From: Nitrospirota bacterium
GTDB taxonomy: Bacteria > Nitrospirota > UBA9217
Direction: 5' to 3'
NCBI GenBank assembly: GCA_963845065.1
Contig: CAWJQQ010000009.1
Coordinates: 704,001-768,000, forward strand
Length of the DNA: 64,000 nucleotides
The notes beneath the pieces were generated by a model. It was not told the origin of the DNA, did not search any database, and saw only the letters and a program-made list of their open reading frames with translations. Of the stretch, positions 47,635 through 57,469 are shown piece by piece. The translations under genes and the position numbers were made by a program. Positions within the stretch are counted from its first letter, which is position 1; each line of letters begins with the position of its first letter.

Positions 47635-49707
47635 CTAGTATGGAGACACGAAACAGGTACTTAATCCCTTCGACACCTGTTCCTGATGCACGGTTTTCTG
47701 CAGTAATAGCCCGCTGGATTCAAGCAGGCTGGAGGCAGAAAATTGCTCCCAATTACTGACATGCATAAGTTTGACCACGCTGTTGGCGATTTTTTTCTTC
47801 TCATCCGGCGTAATACTCACGCACGCTATGCTTTGGCGGCAAAATCCAGAATAGCTGCAACCGATATTATGACACTTATCATTATCGACGGTTATGCTTT
47901 TGAACAAATTCCTCGGCTGGTCGACATTATAACCTTTGAGTGCTGCGACATGATATGCGAGGAGCTGCAGCGGTACAACAGTAACAAAAGGAACGAGCGC
48001 GGGATGTGTCGACGGCACCACTATCATGTTGTCTGCCTTGTCGCGGAAGGCAGCGGGTGAATCCGTGATCACGATGATCCTTCCTCCCCGTGATTTCACC
48101 TCCTCGATATTCGATAGGCTCTTTTCGTGCAGGCCGTCGATCGTCGCTAGGAATACAACAGGGACTCCTTCCTCGAGCAGCGCGATAGGGCCATGTTTCA
48201 TCTCTCCGGCCGGATATCCATCAGCGTGAATATAGGCGATCTCCTTCATCTTGAGCGCGCCTTCGAGCGCGACGGGGTAGTTAATTCCCCGACCAATGTA
48301 CAGCATGCTTTTCACGTCCACCAGGGTCTTTGCAATCTCCTTGACCGCATCGTTGGTTTGGAGTGCCTGTCGAATGAGCCTTGGCAGCTCGAGCAAGAAC
48401 GTTTTGAGCGTCTGAATCTCGAGGTCGCTGAGCTTGCCTTTCTTGGTACCTAGGGCAATTCCCAGGAGGCTCAGGGCGGCAAGCTGAGCGGTAAAGGCTT
48501 TGGTGGATACCACGCCGATCTCCGGCCCCGCTCGCGTGTAGAGGACCGAATCAGCCTCGCGCGTGGTCGTGCTGCCGACGACATTGCAGATTGTTAAGGT
48601 TCTCGCTCCCTTTTCTTTCCCTTCGCGTTGTGCTGCGAGTGTATCGGCTGTTTCTCCGGATTGCGAAATGGTGATGAGTACTGTGCCTTTTGGGATGACC
48701 GGGCTCATGTCCCTGAACTCCGAGGCGATGTCCACGGCCACAGGGATACGTACGAACTTCTCGATCATATATCGGCCGACGAGGCCTGCATGGTACGACG
48801 TAGCGCAGGCTGCGATGTGGAGTCGCCTGAGATCTTTGATGGTATCCGCGATGCCCAACTCATCCATGAGCCTGTTCGTGTCGTCGATCCACTCTCGCAG
48901 GGTATCCATAACCCCTTGGGGTTGCTCATATATCTCTTTGAGCATGAAATGATCATATCCCTGCTTCTCAGCTATTGCAGACGTAGAGTCAACCGTTACA
49001 ATCTTTCCTTCAAGCTGCAGAGTCGCCAGAGATTCGATATGTTTCAAATCGACCGCGTTACTCCTGAGTACGGCCATCTGCCGATCTTCAAGATAAATGA
49101 AGTTCTTCGTATAGGGGAGGAGCGCAGGAACATCGGATGCGAGGTACTCTGCATCCGTGCCTATTCCAATGACGAGCGGGCTGCCGTTGCGAATCGCGAA
49201 CAGCGTATCTGGCGTGCCTTCGTACATAATCACCAGAGCATAAGCACCGCGAAGGTGCGCGATCGCCCTTCTGATCGCCTCATCGATAGGAAAACCACGC
49301 TCAAGGTAGCGAGCGATAAGCTGAGGCACTACCTCCGTGTCCGTCTGAGACGTGAAAACATGCCCTGCCGCTGCCAATTCGTTCCTCAGTTCGCGGTAAT
49401 TGTCAATGATGCCGTTGTGTACCACGGAGACGCCTTTCACGGTGTGAGGATGGGCATTGACTACCGTCGGTGCCCCATGGGTGGCCCATCGCGTATGTCC
49501 GATGCCGATCGTAATGGCTGGTAATGGGGTCGGCAGTATCTTCTGGAGGTCCTGCAGTTTGCCCGGAGTCTTGTATACTTCGATTCCCGATCCATTTTTA
49601 AAAGCAATTCCTGACGAATCGTACCCACGGTACTCCAAACGGGTTAGACCATCAAAGAGAATTTGCAAAGAATCCTTTTTCCCAACATATCCGACGATTC
49701 CGCTCAT
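47635..49707 (-). CDS. glmS: GlmS (glutamine-fructose-6-phosphate aminotransferase) paralog with Cys1->Ser and frameshifted C-terminal extension
   Basis: LEYRGYDS, GHTRWATHG, HNG, SQSGET, EGALKMKE, EMKHGP and PRNLFKSITV motifs; begins MSGIVG instead of MCGIVG. Confidence 0.9.
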   Translation of the reverse strand: MSGIVGYVGKKDSLQILFDGLTRLEYRGYDSSGIAFKNGSGIEVYKTPGKLQDLQKILPTPLPAITIGIGHTRWATHGAPTVVNAHPHTVKGVSVVHNGIIDNYRELRNELAAAGHVFTSQTDTEVVPQLIARYLERGFPIDEAIRRAIAHLRGAYALVIMYEGTPDTLFAIRNGSPLVIGIGTDAEYLASDVPALLPYTKNFIYLEDRQMAVLRSNAVDLKHIESLATLQLEGKIVTVDSTSAIAEKQGYDHFMLKEIYEQPQGVMDTLREWIDDTNRLMDELGIADTIKDLRRLHIAACATSYHAGLVGRYMIEKFVRIPVAVDIASEFRDMSPVIPKGTVLITISQSGETADTLAAQREGKEKGARTLTICNVVGSTTTREADSVLYTRAGPEIGVVSTKAFTAQLAALSLLGIALGTKKGKLSDLEIQTLKTFLLELPRLIRQALQTNDAVKEIAKTLVDVKSMLYIGRGINYPVALEGALKMKEIAYIHADGYPAGEMKHGPIALLEEGVPVVFLATIDGLHEKSLSNIEEVKSRGGRIIVITDSPAAFRDKADNMIVVPSTHPALVPFVTVVPLQLLAYHVAALKGYNVDQPRNLFKSITVDNDKCHNIGCSYSGFCRQSIACVSITPDEKKKIANSVVKLMHVSNWEQFSASSLLESSGLLLQKTVHQEQVSKGLSTCFVSPY

Positions 49708-49785
49708 GATGTTCCCTCGAATTGCCTGATCTCATAATGTTGACAACGGCATTGCTATTCTGGTTATGACACTTATTAGTTTTAA

Positions 49786-49801
49786 AGCAAGAAGAGTGCC
49801 G
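49786..49801 (-). promoter_or_regulatory. Putative sigma54 (-24/-12) promoter upstream of the glmS paralog
   Basis: Minus strand CGGCAC-tcttc-TTGCT with exact GG-N10-GC spacing, about 80 nt before the ATG. Confidence 0.65.
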
Positions 49802-50422
49802 AATCAATGGCGGATACGGCCACAGGGTGATAAGGCTCATTTAGTACCTTTATTCCTTTGATTTTTTAGTCAGTTATTAACTCGTCATCATTATTATTAG
49901 AATATAATTAGCGAGAACGAAATAAACCTTTGACCCATAATTCCCCATTTCACGGAAAATCGCACTTAAATAGTTATTAAGTTTTATCATTAGTGAATCC
50001 AAAGGATACAATGATAAATCTGATTTTCAATTAATATATAAATACAACAGTAAATAATGTATCTATGAGACACAATATGCTGTTATTATTATACAATTAA
50101 TTACATAATGTGTATCAAATATATACAACAATAAAAAAATAACATTTGTTTCCAAACATAGCTTGAAGGGCAGATTAATTAGCAAAGAAGCGTTGGAAAA
50201 TATCGCCGCGCGGTGTTGACACGAAAATCAAAGCGGACCTGACTAGCTGGCTAATTCAGAAAGGCGGAATTACCATCCGATATCATGTACTTTGCAGTTG
50301 TTCTGCGACGTCCTACAAACATCCTGCAAGAAAAACGTATTTTTTGTGTACCGTAAGTCCTTGAATTTCTGAGTTGGGGGAGGGTGTGTTAATTCACTTC
50401 GGAGTCTAATTTAGGGCTTGTC

Positions 50423-50980
50423 CTACCACTGTACAGCAGAATATGGCTGAAGTGTTAAACCATTCACATTACCGCTAGAATTCGTTGTAACTTCCGTATA
50501 TATTATCCACTGTACCCCATCCCACGTATAGGCATCCTGTGATGGCACGGTGGCTATCGGTCTGTATATGAGTACTGCCCAGTTTCCGTTTAGGGCTGAA
50601 TCTCCGCTCTGGTAGGCCCAGAATCCGGGGGGACAATTGGCGGGTTCGACGTCACTGAAAGTGCCGGCATAATTAGATATGTTAATGTCATCAAAGGGGT
50701 TGTGCGCGGTTATTGTCTGGCCGCTCGCCAGTTGGTTAATCGAATAAAGGACGTTGGCCGTATTAATGCTTTGTAACTCGTAATTGAAGCTGGCCTGTTC
50801 AGCATTTTGGGATTGGGAGAAAAAAAGGGGGATTGCGAAATATGCCAAGACACCAAGAATAATAATTATCACCACCAGTTCAAGAAGAGTGAAACCCTCC
50901 TGATGCTTCCTCCTGGGCTTGATCCCCAGCGAGTTCTCCACGTGATGGGTTCTCGCGTACCACACTTCGCTGAAATACAT
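50423..50980 (-). CDS. Type IV pilin / pseudopilin-like protein
   Basis: Basic leader, G/FTLLE cleavage-methylation motif, hydrophobic helix with P22; RBS GGAGG. Confidence 0.85.
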   Translation of the reverse strand: MYFSEVWYARTHHVENSLGIKPRRKHQEGFTLLELVVIIIILGVLAYFAIPLFFSQSQNAEQASFNYELQSINTANVLYSINQLASGQTITAHNPFDDINISNYAGTFSDVEPANCPPGFWAYQSGDSALNGNWAVLIYRPIATVPSQDAYTWDGVQWIIYTEVTTNSSGNVNGLTLQPYSAVQW

Positions 50981-51139
50981 AGTGCGGCCTCCAACCGCAA
51001 TCGACTGTTACCTCCGCCAACTGTCCGGATAAATCTTGCGGAGTCAGTATTCCCTACCTCAATAAAAGAGGCACTACGGCAACTGGAATGGAAGCAACAT
51101 GGATATTTTCTTCAATCTGTATATAAAAGTAAGTGAATA

Positions 51140-51546
51140 GCTTCTCGTCTCGATGATGTCGTATATACCGTTTGAACATATTAGGAGGTTAATTTATCGC
51201 CAACTGCACTAGCAAAATACCCATCCTTCCACGTTGGTCCTTTCAGAGCCTTTTCTTGATCGATTAGCATTGCCAGAACATCTCGTAGGCGCTGATGCTT
51301 TCCAGGGTCTTTTCAACATCACCGATTGAGTATTTGGGCGGAAACGACAGAAAGATATGAATGAGATCTTTCGCTACTTCCATCTCCTCCGTGTCGCACT
51401 TGTATTCTTCGGCTATATCCCTGGAAAGCTTAACGGCCCGCTTATGCAGATACTCTTGCGTGGACGGGTCCTTCCGATATTTTTGGACACCATACCATGT
51501 GCCACTTGGTATCATAGACCGCATGGCTGGTTCTCCAGAGAACCAT
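51140..51546 (-). pseudogene. tnpA: IS200-type Y1 transposase, decayed
   Basis: Across frames: SHAVYDTKWHMVWCPK/YRK..DLIHIFLSFPPKYSI..WKDGYFASAVG..KRYIRHH; HUH motif mutated, frameshifts and stops. Confidence 0.85.
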
Positions 51547-51853
51547 GCGGTCATTGTACTACGCAATCGTCTCAGTGGATGAGGGGAACTTCCAGCCCCC
51601 TTATAATCCTTGGGCAAGGATGCTATTCCTCCCCGCGTTAAGCAGGCTGTCTGGCAATAGTTTTTGTGGTTTTGGCCTCGCATCTATTTGAATTTACGTT
51701 AGCCAAATTATCAAAATTCGAATTGTAGGACAGCCTGCAAGGTGCGGGGTATATTGGGATGATTTCCATAAAGTACTATCTTTGGCTGCAGGAGCATTCA
51801 CGAAAATGCTGTAAACCAACAGACAGGGCTGGATGTCGAGTAACGGTTCTAAA

Positions 51854-52261
51854 TCAGCATCTCGGGATACATCCATTCAGCCTTGTAATAATCCTATCCG
51901 GATCTCGGACCGGTTTGCTGGGTTTTACTTGCTCAATTTGATACCGAAGGTACTCTTTTTCTGCCCGGGTAAGGGAAACGAAGCGGATGCCGCACCGATA
52001 AAGACTCCCGATTTGATTACACCACATCACGATGCCACATGTTTGTCCATAAACACATTCTTTGAAGCAGACAACGCCTTGTTGTATCGGGTGATCTGTT
52101 TCGATGCCGATACCTATTATGCTGCGATTTACGATCTTAGCAAGATAATCCGTACGTACGAGATTGTTAAATGAGATGACCCCGAGCGAGGGGTTTAGAT
52201 CACTTGAAACGGGGTGACCTACTACCTTTTTTCTCTGAGTACGTCTTTTCTCATCCATCAT
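51854..52261 (-). CDS. PilZ-like domain protein
   Basis: RRTQR (RxxxR) and NRSIIG (D/NxSxxG) motifs, VMWC..YRCGIRF beta-strand ending. Confidence 0.65.
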   Translation of the reverse strand: MMDEKRRTQRKKVVGHPVSSDLNPSLGVISFNNLVRTDYLAKIVNRSIIGIGIETDHPIQQGVVCFKECVYGQTCGIVMWCNQIGSLYRCGIRFVSLTRAEKEYLRYQIEQVKPSKPVRDPDRIITRLNGCIPRC

Positions 52262-52330
52262 GGACTACCGCCTTTCGAATCAAGGTTGCGTTATTAGTAA
52301 ATATTTTACTTTTCACCAACCAATGACAGC

Positions 52331-52481
52331 ATACCCCGCGTTTGGACGAGGGGGTGAAAGCGATCTTTGCAAGGGGTTATTAGCGGACTTGAAGCGATCC
52401 TAATCTACTAGGCCGTCATCTGCGTAGCGGTTTCAAGCTGTGCAAAGATGCCAGCTCCTTGGGGCCGATGGGGGTTCTTTA
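52331..52481 (+). repeat. Degenerate structured IS200/IS605-derived MITE-like element
   Basis: ATACCCC..GGGGtGAAAg left motif and GATGCC..GGGGtt right motif parallel the 141-bp MITE; nested IRs ATCTTTGCA/TGCAAAGAT and CTTGAA/TTCAAG. Confidence 0.45.
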
Positions 52482-52859
52482 CGCCGTCTTCCTGTTAATC
52501 TAAATATGAAGAACCCGCAAAAAAACACTGTAAAGGAGACACCTTTACAATAAAACATTTGCTTTTAATAAAATGTTGCTATGTTATGCCAAAACTGTGA
52601 GAAATACCTTACAGTTTTTATCACCAGCTTTATATATCATCTAGTACCAATTTAAAAATATATTTTAATTTACTTAATAAACCGTAATGCTTTTAGGAAA
52701 AGCCGATAAAAAGATGATTCGACAAGTAAAAATATTAAACATTATTTTTAGATTAAAGTCAAGCTTCTTTGGTATGGATCTGAACTGATAATTTCAGTGC
52801 ACGTAAAATTGCATTTAATTTCTTGGTAGACGGTAAACTCAGGTAGAACGGATTACCAC

Positions 52860-53524
52860 GACTATCTGTGTTAATAATTTGCTGTGCATATTGATCAGCT
52901 TCTGAAGGTCATAAGGTTTTGCTATTGCGTTCACAAAACCATAAATCTGGAAATCCTTCAATATCGGGTCTTCGGAATGACCCCGATTGAAACGATCCCC
53001 TTAACATTCGGATGAATCTCAGGGAGTTTCTTCATCGTAACTCTTCTGCCCATACTTCCGGGTACAACCGAATCGAGGATAACAGCATGAAAGCCCTGGC
53101 CCGATGCTTGTGGCCGCCTGCGCATAAAGTAGCTGCTTCCTCCCCACTCTTCGCAGTCTTCAACATCAATCCCTAAATGATTCAGCATCTCGACTGCGAC
53201 GCTTCTTATGCGTGCATCGTCAACCATCAGCAACACTCTTTTTAAATTCAATCCTGTTGAGGAAACAGTGCGAGACTTTTTTTCCGCATGCACGATGTTA
53301 TACATACCGCATTCTTCTATTGGAATTGGTGTCCCATTAGCTTTCCGGTAGTGGACAAGCTTGTGGATGCCCCTACTTTTTAACTCCGGTTGAGTCCACC
53401 CTAGCAGGAGGTGGACAGCTTCTTCGTTTATAAATATAATGCGTCCACTGCGGACAACACGCTTCTGCGAAAAAGATCGGACCGGCCTTGATTGATCTTC
53501 GAACGCTGAGTAAATAATAGCCAA
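52860..53524 (-). pseudogene. Decayed PAS-REC signalling protein (hybrid kinase relic lacking the kinase core)
   Basis: PAS-like GRIIFINEEA..LLGW..IHKLVHY, then REC-like VLLMVDD..AVILDSVVPG..VKGIVS, continuing after a frameshift as YGFVNAIAKPYDLQKL. Confidence 0.7.
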
Positions 53525-53563
53525 GGATTGCCTTCAGCCATAAAAGCAAGCCTTTTTAAATTC

Positions 53564-55189
53564 TTACTCTGGTAAAGAATAATCCTTGTATTGCGTCCTC
53601 AACTTCTTCTTGTCGAACTTCCCGACGCTGGTCTTCGGCACCACGTCAATGAAGACAATATCGTCCGGGATATACATCTTGTTCAAGCGTGAACGTAGGT
53701 AGTCAAAAATTTCGGCCTTCGTTAGGTTGTCTTTGAATTCGGGTTTGGGCACTATGCAAGCCAGCGGGCGTTCCTGCCATTTGGGATGCGTAACGGCGAT
53801 CACTGCCGCCTCCAGCACTTTGGGATGGGCCATGATAGTGTTCTCTAAATATTGGCTCGAGATCCACTCGCCGCCGCTCTTGACTAAATCCTTAGTGCGG
53901 TCAACGATCTGTACAAAGCCCTCCGGGTCAATCGTGACAACGTCGCCGGTTCGGAACCAGCCATCCATGAACGACCCGGCGCTTCGCTCGTCGTTATAGT
54001 AACTGCTGATGATCCACGGACCTCGCACCTGTAATTCGCCAAATGCTTTGCCGTCCCATGGAATTTCCTTCTTGGATTCGTTGACTGCGCGTATTTCAAC
54101 TCCGGGCACGCTCAAACCTTGCTTGGCGAGGATATTGAACCTCTCAGCTTCGGGAAGATTAAGCTGGTAACTTTTCAAATGACACACTGTGCCAACGGGC
54201 GACATTTCGGTCATGCCCCAGGCATGGATCACCTTGAGTCCATGCTTTTTGTCGAAGGCTTCGATCATGGATTGCGGCGCGGCGGCTCCGCCTACTATCA
54301 TGCCATGCAAACTGCTCAGGTCATATTGCTCTTTTTCCAGCAGGTTCAAAATTCCAAGCCAGAGAGTTGGGACACCCGCGGTTAAGGTCACCTTCTCGGC
54401 CTGGATCAACTCGGCCAGATCGCGCGGTTGCAGGTGCGGACCGGGGAAAACGAGTTTCGTTCCAAGCATTACGGAGGCGTATGGCGTTCCCCATGCCAGT
54501 ACATGGAACATTGGGACGACCGGCATGTATACATCCCTCTCCGAAAGTCCGAGCGAGTCAATCATGCACAAGGCCATACTGTGTAAATAAATCGAGCGGT
54601 GCGAATAAACCGCGCCTTTGGGGTTACCCGTCGTGCCGGATGTGTAACACATGGCTGCGGCATCGTTCTCATGCAAGTTTGGCCAGGGATATTCGGGGCT
54701 GGAATTTTTCAACAGGTCTTCGTACGCATGTACTGGCTTAAGGGTGGTACCTTCGGGAACCTTATCACCCATGACAATATAATGTTTTATGTTTTTCAGG
54801 TGTGGGGCAAGTTTTTCAATGGTGGGCAAAAGTGAAGGGTCAACGAACAAGACTCGGTCATCTGCATGGGCGATGATGTAAGTAAGTTGATCGTCAGGCA
54901 GGCGCAGGTTGAGCGGGTGAAGTACTGCGCCCATGCACGGCACGGCAAAGTAAAGTTCGAGGTGACGGGCATTGTTCCAGGCGAAGGTTGCCACACGGAC
55001 GCCGCGTTTGACGCCCAGTTTCTCAAGGGCGTTGGCGAGTCGGGCCACGCGTTCAGTCATTTGGGCGTAAGTGAACCGTTCCAATCCCGACCCTGTTTTG
55101 GTTACAATTTCCTTTTTGGGAAAAAGCTGCCGTGCCCGTTCCAACAGTGGCGTAAGCGTAAGCTGGTAGTCCATCATCTGTCCTTGCAT
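53564..55189 (-). CDS. Medium/long-chain fatty acid-CoA ligase (AlkK/DmdB-like)
   Basis: YTSGTTGNPKG, WGMTE, RTGD, DRTKDLVKSGGEWISS and PKTSVGK motifs; RBS AGGAGG. Confidence 0.95.
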   Translation of the reverse strand: MQGQMMDYQLTLTPLLERARQLFPKKEIVTKTGSGLERFTYAQMTERVARLANALEKLGVKRGVRVATFAWNNARHLELYFAVPCMGAVLHPLNLRLPDDQLTYIIAHADDRVLFVDPSLLPTIEKLAPHLKNIKHYIVMGDKVPEGTTLKPVHAYEDLLKNSSPEYPWPNLHENDAAAMCYTSGTTGNPKGAVYSHRSIYLHSMALCMIDSLGLSERDVYMPVVPMFHVLAWGTPYASVMLGTKLVFPGPHLQPRDLAELIQAEKVTLTAGVPTLWLGILNLLEKEQYDLSSLHGMIVGGAAAPQSMIEAFDKKHGLKVIHAWGMTEMSPVGTVCHLKSYQLNLPEAERFNILAKQGLSVPGVEIRAVNESKKEIPWDGKAFGELQVRGPWIISSYYNDERSAGSFMDGWFRTGDVVTIDPEGFVQIVDRTKDLVKSGGEWISSQYLENTIMAHPKVLEAAVIAVTHPKWQERPLACIVPKPEFKDNLTKAEIFDYLRSRLNKMYIPDDIVFIDVVPKTSVGKFDKKKLRTQYKDYSLPE

Positions 55190-55696
55190 AATTAGCCTCC
55201 TATTTGCGAAAATGTGGAGAAACTTAAAATAGCCTGGACGCGCACCTGACCGTATCTGATTATTTAATTGACAGAGCCCAACTTGAGGATAAGACGCGCT
55301 ACTTCGTGCCCACTGGCCTAGATGCGGAGCGCAACGTTGACACGAGTGCTTACTCTCTTCAAAATAGCCCCTCTATCATACATGCATTCCTGTCTAAACA
55401 ATGACCAAGTCGCTTGATTCTGATAGAACTAATCGGCTCCTGAGTGCATCGCGGCCTTTCTATTCTAATTGAACGCAAAATGGATACTCATTTAGCTGAT
55501 ACGAAAAAAGAGCAAAATTATTTAGTTGAATATATGCCTGAATCGGGGAGATGTCAACGATATGGATTAAATAATTTTATGGGTAGCTACTCTTGGATTT
55601 AGCTTACATTAAATGTTGCAAATAATTTAAACTATTTTAAACCTGAATCCGGCGTGAGCCGGAATCTACTATGTTGAATCGACCCTTTTAAAATAG

Positions 55697-55705
55697 TGTT
55701 ATAAT
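55697..55705 (+). promoter_or_regulatory. Extended -10 promoter inside the IS1380 left end (also at 60891-60899)
   Basis: TGtTATAAT upstream of the transposase. Confidence 0.5.
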
Positions 55706-55713
55706 GCCAAAAA

Positions 55714-57057
55714 GTGTTTGGAACCAAACCTACCTTTTTGATAGGTTACATTCCTATGCCATTCGGACCCAAAAATCTCAAAATTTCCTTCACCGGGAAG
55801 AACGTCACTCACTTCGGTGGCGTATATCTTCTGCATCTCTTTTTCAAGCGCATCAAGCTGAAGGCTCTTCTCAGCAAAAAAGTTTTCTTTGCTCAGCGCA
55901 ACAACCATTACACCATATCAGAGGTGATTCTTGCACTGGTATATCCCATAGCTCTTGGATTCGGCAGGATCGAGACGACTCACCTTCTACGACACAATGG
56001 AGTCTTCCAGTATCTGACGGGATTGCCCTCCTATCCCGATCCACAAACCCTTCGGCGCTTCCTTCTAAGAATGGCGCCGCTGTCTCTGTCACGGCTCAGG
56101 CGGCTTCACGACAAACTGCTCTCGTCGATGATGCTAAGACCCTCTCCGCCTACACGCATTATATTCGATATGGACTCCACCGTCCTAGTCCTGTACGGCA
56201 AACAGGAGATGGCCAATATCGGATACAATCCGAAGAAGCGCGGAAGGCCATCATACCATCCTCTTGTCTGTTTCAACGGCATTACCAAGGACTACTGGCA
56301 CGGAGAGCTTCGGCCAGGCGATGCGCATACCGCAGCAGGAGTCCTCAACTTTCTGGATGCAACCTTTGCCAAAGTGCCTTCTTCGGTAAAAGTCATAATC
56401 ATCAGGGCAGACAAGGGTTTTTTCGACCACAAAACTGTCGAGTATCTGGAATCCAAGAGCGCCTTGTTCGCTATCGTCGCCAAGCTAACTCCACCGATCA
56501 AACGAAAGCTTGGTGTTTTGCCGTATCACCCTTATACATCCGGCATCGAGACGGCCGAGCTTACATATCCCATCAAGGCGGGACACAAGGAGCATCGGTT
56601 CGTCGTAATCCGCCGTCCGATACCAGAAGACCCATCGGATCAGCTCTCTTTGTTTACTCTGGGCAAGTACAGTTATCAGGTCATCGTGACAAACTTGAGC
56701 CTGACTCCACTCAACACGTGGAAATTTTACAACGGTCGAGCCGGCGTGGAACTCATTATAAAAGAACTCAAAGGAGATTATCCTTTAGCGAAGATACCAA
56801 CCAGACACTTTGCCGCCAACGAAGCGTATTTTCACATTCTTTTGTTTTCATACAACTTGATCAACTGGTTCAAGCGCCTTTGCTTGCCAAAAGGTCTGCA
56901 CAATATAACGCTCAATACGTTACGATCACGTCTTCTACTTATTCCAGGCGTATTGGTAAAATCTGAAAACCGACCGACACTCAAATTTCCGGCCAATCTC
57001 TGGTATCGTGAAGCTTTCGAGTATGCGGTAAAGACAATTGCCCGGCTGAAATTCTGA
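55714..57057 (+). CDS. IS1380-family transposase (likely start ATG 55756)
   Basis: THFGG, FDMDST, SYHPL, IRADKGF and YNGRAGVELIIKELK motifs. Confidence 0.93.
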   Translation: MFGTKPTFLIGYIPMPFGPKNLKISFTGKNVTHFGGVYLLHLFFKRIKLKALLSKKVFFAQRNNHYTISEVILALVYPIALGFGRIETTHLLRHNGVFQYLTGLPSYPDPQTLRRFLLRMAPLSLSRLRRLHDKLLSSMMLRPSPPTRIIFDMDSTVLVLYGKQEMANIGYNPKKRGRPSYHPLVCFNGITKDYWHGELRPGDAHTAAGVLNFLDATFAKVPSSVKVIIIRADKGFFDHKTVEYLESKSALFAIVAKLTPPIKRKLGVLPYHPYTSGIETAELTYPIKAGHKEHRFVVIRRPIPEDPSDQLSLFTLGKYSYQVIVTNLSLTPLNTWKFYNGRAGVELIIKELKGDYPLAKIPTRHFAANEAYFHILLFSYNLINWFKRLCLPKGLHNITLNTLRSRLLLIPGVLVKSENRPTLKFPANLWYREAFEYAVKTIARLKF

Positions 57058-57469
57058 CCATTTTCACGCCGGATTCAGGTTAAACTATAATGAATACAGC
57101 CCTTATGATTAAAGTGGCAAGTCTGGCTTAAGGTATATATATCAGGACGACGAGAATACGCCTAAGTAGTAGTACATCCTACTACGGTCAGATGATTTTC
57201 CGCAAAATCTTTGGTACGGACCCTAGTATGCTGGGTCGTGTGGGACTTAAAGGTCACCCAATTAGCTGCCTCAGACAACAGGCTACGCCAGCTCTTCGTT
57301 CTACTCGCGGAGACTCTTCTTATCTACGATACCGTTGATTACAAATAGGTCGCGTCGGATGAACTCTTCTGCTACTTTACGCCTATAGTAGACACACCTA
57401 TTATGCTCATTTATTATTTCAAGCTTTCTACCGATGACGTTTGCCTTTCTTTCGTCCGTGCGACGCGTT

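Larger units (their letters stand above)
55642..57079 (+). mobile_element. IS1380-family insertion sequence (type 2), copy 1
   Basis: Perfect 16-bp IRs CCTGAATCCGGCGTGA; TTAAA on both flanks; 1438 bp. Confidence 0.95.

Noticed and set aside
47635..47880. Novel Cys-rich regulatory domain fused to GlmS
   Set aside because: Better explained by a single-base deletion bypassing TAA TGA TAA; kept only as a frameshift finding.
48628..49524. 298-aa plus-strand ORF
   Set aside because: Antisense shadow of glmS.
49708..50000. glmS ribozyme upstream of glmS
   Set aside because: No recognisable ribozyme core; the leader after the sigma54 site is too short and AT-rich.
50981..51130. c-di-GMP riboswitch upstream of the pilin
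   Set aside because: Could not find the GEMM consensus elements by eye; an Rfam cmsearch would be needed.
52575..52595. Sigma54 promoter upstream of the PilZ-like gene (TGGCAT..TAGCA on minus)
   Set aside because: GG-to-GC spacing is 9 rather than the required 10.
55280..55345. attC-like site starting GCCCAAC
   Set aside because: No matching complementary right box or convincing stem.
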